NCBI GenBank assembly: GCA_037443035.1
Contig: JBBIPC010000039.1
Location: forward strand, 1 to 14,059
Source: Chthonomonadales bacterium
Lineage (GTDB): Bacteria; Armatimonadota; Chthonomonadetes; Chthonomonadales; CAJBBX01
DNA length: 14,059 nt
Reading direction: 5' to 3'
A program made the translations under genes and the position numbers. Below the pieces are notes generated by a model. The model was not told the DNA's origin. It made no database searches and was given only the letters and a program-made list of their open reading frames with translations. The first letter of the stretch is position 1. Every line of letters starts with the position of its first letter. This document shows positions 8,148 through 14,059 of the stretch, one piece after another.

Positions 8148-8181
8148 GCGCAGTTCTGCGCCCACCTCTGCAGTTCCTGCG
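8148..8181. repeat. Tandem quasi-palindromic direct repeat (candidate operator pair)
   Basis: GCGCAG-TT-CTGCGC (8148-8161) and GCAG-TTC-CTGC (8170-8180). The shared GCAGTTC cores start 20 bp apart, 30-60 nt upstream of the GH172 start. Confidence 0.4.
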
Positions 8182-8358
8182 ACCGTCGGTCCACGTTACG
8201 TGCGCTCGGAGTGGAGCGAGCGAGCGCCATGACAGATTACTGCAAGCGAGTAGGTTCGAGCGGCGCGCCACTCTTGTGCCGAACGAGGCGCTCTAGACCT
8301 AGCCCGTTGGAGCAGGAGCATCATCCCCGCGCAGGGCTTCATGGAACGGGACCGAGTC

Positions 8359-8364
8359 TATAAT
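8359..8364 (+). promoter_or_regulatory. Candidate sigma70 -10 box for the MFS gene
   Basis: Perfect TATAAT in a GC-rich intergenic region about 70 nt upstream of ATG 8434. No good -35 hexamer is visible. It is embedded in the inverted repeat GTCTA-TAA-TAGAC (8356-8368). Confidence 0.5.
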
Positions 8365-8433
8365 AGACGGCCGAAACAGGCTCGGGCGGCCGGCGGTTGC
8401 CAGTGGGTCAGTTACGGCGATACCCACCGCCCT

Positions 8434-9582
8434 ATGAAACGCCTCGATTTCTTCTTCCTCCCGTTCGCCATGGATATTGCTGTTGCCATGGCACAGATCA
8501 TGGTGAACCTGCGGGCGCTGGACCTCGGGGCGTCGGCAACTACCGTCGGCGTACTCATGGGTCTCTGCTGGGGAGTGCCTTACATGCTGGCGGCGCTCAC
8601 CACTGGCACCATGGTCGCCCGGTTCGGCGCGCGGACCATGATGCTCGTTGGCGCGGCCGCGTTTGGAGCGGGCACCGCCGGGTACGGCTTCGCCGTCTCT
8701 CCTTGGCAGTTGCTGGTGGCCGCGCCGGTGGCGGGAGGTGGATCAGGCATCTTCTGGCCGGCGCTGCAGACATACCTGAAAGTGGACGACGCCAACGAGA
8801 CGCGGATTCGTTCTGGCATCTTCAACGTGAGCTGGACGTGCGGCATTCTTAGCGGTGTGGGTATCTCGGGGCACGCCTACCGTCTCGCAGGTCCGCGCTG
8901 GTCTTTCTGGCTGGCGGCCATGCTAGTCGGTGGAGCGCTGATCATCATCGCAGCTCGTGTACGTCCACAACGGGTCTCGGAGCATGGCTTGAACCATGGA
9001 GTGGAACCTGACGTCCCGCCGGCATTAGGTCGAGCCTTTTTGCGCATGGCATGGCTGGCCAACTTCACCATGTGGTTCGTGGGCACTTCGGCGGTCACAA
9101 TGTTCCCCCGCCTTGCCCGCGGACTTGGTTTCAGTGATGGCGCGATCGGCGAGATGACAGCAGTTGTGTGGATAGGGCAGGTGGCCCTGTTCGGTCTGCT
9201 GGCAACGGGAGCGTGGTGGCACTATCGGAAAGCCGCCCTTCTCTTGGGGCTGGCCGCAGGTCTCACCACGACGGCACTGTTCGCACGCGGGACTTCAGCG
9301 CCAGCGCTCGTGCTGGCGTCTTTGCTGCTAGGTGCCGCTCGCACTCCGTCCCATGTCGGCAGCATGCACTACGGCCTCCATGCGTGGGGCAACCGCGATG
9401 CGAATATGGGCTACCACGAAGCGATTCTGGGTGCTGGTTGTGTGGCGGGTCCGGTCCTGTCGGGAGTCGTGGCTGACATGGGCGGTGTTCGTGCGCCGTT
9501 CGCGCTGTGCGCTGGCATCATTGTTGTGGCCTTGCTTGTGGTGGCTGTATGGCCGGTGGGCTGCCGCGACGGTCGCGGATAG
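8434..9582 (+). CDS. Major facilitator superfamily (MFS) transporter
   Basis: About 12 hydrophobic segments in two halves. Degenerate motif A 'GTMVARFGAR', plus 'GIFWPALQTY', 'GIFNVSWTCG' and 'GCVAGPVLSGVVAD'. ATG 8434 is preferred over 8341 because the extra 31 residues are hydrophilic and contain a TATAAT box. No clear SD at 8434, so the start is uncertain. Confidence 0.88.
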   Translation: MKRLDFFFLPFAMDIAVAMAQIMVNLRALDLGASATTVGVLMGLCWGVPYMLAALTTGTMVARFGARTMMLVGAAAFGAGTAGYGFAVSPWQLLVAAPVAGGGSGIFWPALQTYLKVDDANETRIRSGIFNVSWTCGILSGVGISGHAYRLAGPRWSFWLAAMLVGGALIIIAARVRPQRVSEHGLNHGVEPDVPPALGRAFLRMAWLANFTMWFVGTSAVTMFPRLARGLGFSDGAIGEMTAVVWIGQVALFGLLATGAWWHYRKAALLLGLAAGLTTTALFARGTSAPALVLASLLLGAARTPSHVGSMHYGLHAWGNRDANMGYHEAILGAGCVAGPVLSGVVADMGGVRAPFALCAGIIVVALLVVAVWPVGCRDGRG

Positions 9583-9623
9583 CCGCCTGGCCGGGGCTAC
9601 GCTTGTGGGCTTCAGGATCCGAA

Positions 9624-10610
9624 TCATGTGCGAAAGTCAAGCACAACTCCCAGCGCCCTGTCACGCTCCTGGCGCAGAAGACGGTATGCCTCGGCAACCT
9701 CGTCCACGGGCAAAACATGTGTCAATAGGGGGCGCACCCTGATGCGTCCGTCGGCGATCATCCTGAGAAACTGCCTTCGGTTGTACTGCTGCGTCCAGCG
9801 GAAGTCGGGCGTGGCCACGGTCGGGCACTTGGGCTGGTGAGCACCGATCAACGTCAGTTCCTTCAGGTGGAACGGCATGAAATCCACCTCGACAGTCCGA
9901 TGCCAGATGGAACCGAGGAGGATCACGCGTCCGCCGATGCGGCACACGTCGAAGAGCTTCGGGAGCAGATCCGGGTAGCCGGAGGCTTCGATAATGCAGT
10001 CCAGACCGCAGCCGTCTGTGATCCGTTCAATGACGTCGTTCAGAGGCTCGGTGAGCGGATTCACAGTGAACGCTCCGGCGACATCGTGCGCGATCCGGAG
10101 GCGTGCTTCGCTAAGATCTGCTGCTGTCAGTGTCTCGCATCCTGCGAGACCGGCGACCTGGAGAGCGAGCTGACCCACGAGGCCCATGCCGGTGATGAGC
10201 ACGTGTTCACCGGTCTCCAGGCGAGCCTTGCGAACACCGTGGGCTGCCACGCTCCCGAGCACGGCAAACGCCGCTTCTTCACTACTCACGTCCGTCGGTA
10301 CTGGTGCGATACTCGCGTCGTCCCCAGGTACAGTCACATGACTTGCATGTGGGCCGAGGGAAAGCACCCGTTCGCCCATGCGATGGCCGGCGACTCCATC
10401 GCCAATCGCCACGATGCGCCCCACGTTGGAGTAGCCGGGACAGAATGCTTCGGATCGCGGCTCCGCAATCATCGCCAGTTCCGTACCGGCACTGATGAGC
10501 GTGACCTCCGTCTCGATAAGGACCTCGTTGGGGCCGGGAAGCCGCGGCTGGAACCCTTCGACAACAATACTCCCGTCCGGTTGTGCAAGCACGCGCCGAC
10601 CTGTATTCAT
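9624..10610 (-). CDS. Medium-chain dehydrogenase/reductase (MDR; 'zinc-binding alcohol dehydrogenase' family, SxGTE subtype)
   Basis: GroES-like N-domain 'PGPNEVLIETEVTLISAGTE...PGYSNVGRIVAIGDGV'. Rossmann motif 'GMGLVG' followed by an acidic residue in 'AADLSEAR'. Also 'GLDCIIEASG' and 'LLTHVLP'. AAGGAG (complement of 10620-10625) is 9 nt from ATG 10610 but only 3 nt from ATG 10616, which favours 10610. Confidence 0.92.
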   Translation of the reverse strand: MNTGRRVLAQPDGSIVVEGFQPRLPGPNEVLIETEVTLISAGTELAMIAEPRSEAFCPGYSNVGRIVAIGDGVAGHRMGERVLSLGPHASHVTVPGDDASIAPVPTDVSSEEAAFAVLGSVAAHGVRKARLETGEHVLITGMGLVGQLALQVAGLAGCETLTAADLSEARLRIAHDVAGAFTVNPLTEPLNDVIERITDGCGLDCIIEASGYPDLLPKLFDVCRIGGRVILLGSIWHRTVEVDFMPFHLKELTLIGAHQPKCPTVATPDFRWTQQYNRRQFLRMIADGRIRVRPLLTHVLPVDEVAEAYRLLRQERDRALGVVLDFRT

Positions 10611-10704
10611 TGGCATGCGCTCCTTCTCGCGGCTGCGCCTAGAATGAGCGGACGAACGCTCCCCTTAGCGCTAGTCTGGTCGCCTGCAGTGTATCATGAA
10701 TGTC

Positions 10705-10730
10705 CGTTTCCGAGAGGTTCTTCGGAAACG
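10705..10730. repeat. Perfect 9-bp inverted repeat (candidate operator or 5'-UTR hairpin)
   Basis: CGTTTCCGA (10705-10713), an 8-nt spacer, then TCGGAAACG (10722-10730), between the divergent MDR and glycosidase genes. Confidence 0.6.
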
Positions 10731-10759
10731 ACCGGGGCTCTCGGGTGGTGGAGTGAGAG

Positions 10760-13700
10760 ATGCGGAGATTGCCAAGCGTAGTTCCTTTGCTCGCGCTCGC
10801 GGGGCTGGCTCACGGACGCCAGATGGCGGGGCCGCGCCTGCTGAACCCCTCGTTCGAAATGGACGGGACGACGATCCTGGGCGTGGGCTACGTCGCCCAG
10901 GGCAACGCCATTACCGGTTGGAAGGTGAGTTTCCCCATCGGCGTGGCTAGGAACACCCAGACAGGCCCTTTCGTGGACAACGGCGTCGTGCCCGACGGGC
11001 GGAATGTCTGCGTTCTGCAGAACCTGGCCTCCATTTCCCAGACGATAGGCGGCTTGGTCGCCCGCAAGGTGTACCGGCTACGGCTTCGTGCCAACGGGCG
11101 TGCGTCCGACGCACCGGACCATGGTGGGCTGGCGGTAGAGCTCAACGGCACTGTACTCATCAGCATGGCCCATGTACAGCCAGTCGGCAAGGGGAATCCG
11201 TATCACCTGCTGGACGCGTTCTTCACCGCCGGTACAGGTTCGGCAGAGCTGGTGATTAGGCAGACGAATCCGACCTCGGGGGTATCGGTCCTGCTGGATG
11301 ACATCCATATAGAGGAAGCGACTCCACCCAACGGACGCGACGTCATTCAGGTGAATCCCGCGACCCCGCTCACATCGGCTACGGTTGCACTGGAACAGGA
11401 CCTCACGGATGTGGCGTGGATCTGGACGAACGAGACACCCAGACCTGCGTCCCTGGCCAGATCAGGCATCCGCTTCTTTCACCGGACGTTCAGTCTGCCG
11501 ACTCGTCCCAAGCGGGTCACCATTGTTTTCACGGCAGACAACGAGTGCTGCGTTCTTATGAATGGTGCGTTGGCTGGCTGGGCTTCAGCGTTCAACCGGC
11601 TCTTCGTCGCGGACGTTACGCACCTCGCGCGAGAAGGCCGGAACACCATAACCGTCCAGGCTTCCAACGCGGGCACGGAGATGAATCCGGCCGGGTTGAT
11701 CGCCAAACTGGTGGCATCTTGCGCGGGACACCGTGCGCCGGTCGTAGTCACGACAGACGAGTCGTGGCGCTGGAGCCTGTCGAGAGACGCCCCCGTACAG
11801 ACCTGGAAGCCCGTGCGCAGAGCCGGAGAGATGGGTTGTGCACCGTGGGGTTGGGTTGGTCCGGCGTCGCTGAGGGTTTCGCAGTGGTTTCCCGAATTCC
11901 GTGTCGAGCCAAACGACCCGGTTGCTCAGTCCATGCGCCGGCTGTTCTCACTGCACTATGAAGGTGGGCGGCCGGCATGCACCCTCTGGGATGGCTGGCT
12001 TCCTCTTGCGGGGCTGTGGCCTGTACGCGGCAGGGACGTCACGGACGAGAGCAGCGTCGCAGCGTGGAAGCAGGCGCTCCTGAGCCGGGAGATTATTGGG
12101 GATGGATATGTGGCAACACATCAGCATCGAGGCTACGGGCACAGCAAAGGCTGGCCCATACCGCTCTATATGCAGACGGGTGGGGTGGGCTTCCATTTTT
12201 CGCTGGCGGATGACCCGTTTCGTTCCTGGGTTGCCAGAACCACAGATCCAGGCAAGTGGTCGCTAGAGGGACTGAGACCGATACGGCTGGATCCCGATCG
12301 AGGCTGGGAGCTGGAGATCTTGGCGCCTCACGGCTCCATGACTACGCCAACGTTCAGCATTCCTATGGCGGCCGCGCCATGTGTCCGAGTCGAATGGCAG
12401 GTGAGTCACGGACAAGTAGGCCAGGCGTCCGTCCAGTGGGCTACGGAAGACAGGCCCGAGATGGACCACGCACGGCAAGTCGGGTTCGCTCCCGTGACGG
12501 CAAGAGACGGTATGGCCTATTCCGATGTGCTCCTCTATCCAAATCCTGCGTGGACTGATGCAGGACGGATGTGCCGCCTCCGACTGAATGTGGATGGTAC
12601 GCCAGGATCCAGGATCGTGTTGAAATCCATGATTACGCCTGCCGATACCCGGCACAACGTGAACAACCCCTGTTTCGTGCAAGGGAGCGCGATCTATCTG
12701 GGATGGACCGGCGACTTGGATTTCCTGCGCAAGAACATCGGGCGCATGCGCAAGGCCATGGCGTACTCGATTCCCGAGTTTCGGCTCCGAGAGTCGCGGT
12801 GTGTAGACATGCCATGGTACGGCCATGACGGGAGAAGCGGATACGTGCGCAAGCCGGACGGCACCCGCATGTCCCGCTACGCCGGGGGGGTCGGCAACAA
12901 CTACTGGGACCTCCTACCCTTCGGCGGTAAGGACACGTTGGCGACGGTCTATCACTACGATGCTCTGCGGCGTATGGCGCACTTGGAGCGACTGATACGC
13001 CGGCATAAGGAGTGGCGAATCCCCGACGACCCCAATCTCATACCACCTGACGAGCTGGAGGACCTAGCCGCGCGGATGAAGGAATACGCGGGAAAGCTGC
13101 TGTGGAACGAGGCTACTGGACGCTTCGTAGCGTGCATAGACCGCGACGGTGTCGCTCATGACTATGGGTACACAAGCGTCAACTTGGAAGCCATCCATTA
13201 TGGCTTCGCCACCCAGGAGCAGGCGCGGGCAATCTTCGATTGGCTGGACGGGCGACGGCGGGTCGCCGGCGACACCTCGCAAGGTGCCGACATCTACCGA
13301 TGGGTATTCGGGCCTCGCTGCAGCACGAAGCGTAACACAGAATGGTACTCCGGGATGTGGGAGCCTCTGAACGTGCCGTTCGGCGACCAGGTGCAGGATG
13401 GCGGCGGAGTCCTGGGGTTCTCGTACTTCGATCTCATGGCAAGACTACGGACGCTCGGACCTGACAATGCCTACCGCCGACTCCGGAGGATCGCCGGCTG
13501 GTTCGATGAAGTTCAGGCCGAAGGTGGATACCGAGCATACTACGCTCGTCCCGGTCGCGGGACCCTACAGGGAGGCGGACCGCCGGGCGGTCTGGGGCTG
13601 GACTATGAGTTCGTAGAGAGCGTGTTGGTGCCGCAGGTCATGGTATATGGTTTCGCAGGTTTCGAGCCGGACTTGGAGGGTTTTCGTCTAGAGCCGCGCC

Positions 13701-13966
13701 TGCCATCGTGCTGGCGCTCCCTGACAATCAGTCGGCTCCGCTACCACGGCGTGGTGCTAGACGTGATGGTCTCGCCACGGACACTGCAGGTCACGGTGCG
13801 CGCGGGGAGACCGGTCGGTCCGCTGCGATGGCTGCCGCCATCATCGGGCACATGGTCGGCGACGGTCGCCAGCGCAGGACGCTCTTTGACGAGGATGGTG
13901 GTGTCACACGCCGGCGTCATCGTACCGACGAGACCCGGCAGCGTCGTTCGCCTCCAACGCCGGTAG
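10760..13966 (+). CDS. Secreted multidomain glycoside hydrolase-like protein: CBM4/9- or DUF642-like domain, beta-sandwich, (alpha/alpha)6 barrel and GH65-type C-terminal domain, 1068 aa
   Basis: Signal peptide 'MRRLPSVVPLLALAGLAHG'. Jelly-roll 'LLNPSFE...ISQTI.GL...YRLRL...VLLDDIHI' (about aa 27-186). Rhamnosidase-N-like sandwich 'WIW...FHRTF...TADN...NG...NPAGLI...TDESW...PWG' (about aa 219-364). Six-hairpin-type segments 'YLGWTGDLDFLRKNIGRMRKAM', 'YHYDALRRMAHLE', 'LWNEATGRFV'. C-terminal 'GFEPDLEGFRLEPRLPSCWRSLTISRLRYHG'. SD GGTGGAG at 10747-10753. The coding call is secure; the family is not. Confidence 0.8.
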   Translation: MRRLPSVVPLLALAGLAHGRQMAGPRLLNPSFEMDGTTILGVGYVAQGNAITGWKVSFPIGVARNTQTGPFVDNGVVPDGRNVCVLQNLASISQTIGGLVARKVYRLRLRANGRASDAPDHGGLAVELNGTVLISMAHVQPVGKGNPYHLLDAFFTAGTGSAELVIRQTNPTSGVSVLLDDIHIEEATPPNGRDVIQVNPATPLTSATVALEQDLTDVAWIWTNETPRPASLARSGIRFFHRTFSLPTRPKRVTIVFTADNECCVLMNGALAGWASAFNRLFVADVTHLAREGRNTITVQASNAGTEMNPAGLIAKLVASCAGHRAPVVVTTDESWRWSLSRDAPVQTWKPVRRAGEMGCAPWGWVGPASLRVSQWFPEFRVEPNDPVAQSMRRLFSLHYEGGRPACTLWDGWLPLAGLWPVRGRDVTDESSVAAWKQALLSREIIGDGYVATHQHRGYGHSKGWPIPLYMQTGGVGFHFSLADDPFRSWVARTTDPGKWSLEGLRPIRLDPDRGWELEILAPHGSMTTPTFSIPMAAAPCVRVEWQVSHGQVGQASVQWATEDRPEMDHARQVGFAPVTARDGMAYSDVLLYPNPAWTDAGRMCRLRLNVDGTPGSRIVLKSMITPADTRHNVNNPCFVQGSAIYLGWTGDLDFLRKNIGRMRKAMAYSIPEFRLRESRCVDMPWYGHDGRSGYVRKPDGTRMSRYAGGVGNNYWDLLPFGGKDTLATVYHYDALRRMAHLERLIRRHKEWRIPDDPNLIPPDELEDLAARMKEYAGKLLWNEATGRFVACIDRDGVAHDYGYTSVNLEAIHYGFATQEQARAIFDWLDGRRRVAGDTSQGADIYRWVFGPRCSTKRNTEWYSGMWEPLNVPFGDQVQDGGGVLGFSYFDLMARLRTLGPDNAYRRLRRIAGWFDEVQAEGGYRAYYARPGRGTLQGGGPPGGLGLDYEFVESVLVPQVMVYGFAGFEPDLEGFRLEPRLPSCWRSLTISRLRYHGVVLDVMVSPRTLQVTVRAGRPVGPLRWLPPSSGTWSATVASAGRSLTRMVVSHAGVIVPTRPGSVVRLQRR

Positions 13967-14059
13967 CCCTGGCGGTTGCGGCGGTCTCGTGAAGCCGGCC
14001 GTGATGCGCTCTGGTGCGAAGTGGCGGGCAATCACATGGCGCCGCGAGAAGCGACGGCT

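Noticed and set aside
8214..8226. (GAGC)3 microrepeat
   Set aside because: Too short to imply phase variation and expected by chance.
8341..8433. Longer MFS start at 8341
   Set aside because: It adds a hydrophilic, non-MFS-like leader and would place the TATAAT box inside the CDS. Not fully excluded.
9837..10781. 314-aa + strand ORF antisense to the MDR gene
   Set aside because: Shadow ORF typical of GC-rich coding DNA, with no recognisable motifs. The opposite strand has clear MDR motifs.
10760..13966. Horizontal acquisition of the large glycosidase, suggested by more A/T-ending codons than in the SSS gene
   Set aside because: This is an impression by eye only. There are no mobility genes or flanking direct repeats, and it would need a GC3/codon-usage calculation against the genome.
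13904..14059. 3' end of a convergent minus-strand gene at the right edge
   Set aside because: Two frames are possible ('...AVASRGAM*' ending at 14032, or '...RHVIARHFAPERITAGF...' overlapping the GH end). This cannot be resolved without flanking sequence.
1..14059. CRISPR array, tRNA/rRNA, IS ends, integrase, toxin-antitoxin or defence genes
   Set aside because: I saw no regularly spaced repeats, no RNA-gene signatures and no nuclease, transposase or recombinase motifs. Intergenic gaps are all about 320 nt or shorter.

Overview
GC-rich bacterial window that is almost fully coding, with eight supportable genes and no rRNA, tRNA, CRISPR array, transposase or phage gene that I can recognise. 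The left block on the + strand is a probable operon: a sodium:solute symporter, a DUF885 metallopeptidase-like protein and a Tat-exported carbohydrate-type ABC solute-binding protein with no ABC partners. A YwiC-like membrane protein follows it. The right block alternates strands: a secreted GH172/DUF2961 glycosidase (-), an MFS transporter (+), a medium-chain dehydrogenase lacking the usual zinc ligands (-) and a 1068-aa secreted multidomain (alpha/alpha)6-barrel glycoside hydrolase-like protein that I cannot assign to a family (+). The best candidates for new biology are that large glycosidase, the three-repeat plus CBM architecture of the GH172, and a possible glycan-scavenging module formed by these genes. 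Several inverted and direct repeats in the two divergent intergenic regions look like operators. All family calls come from motif recognition by eye; no database search was run.
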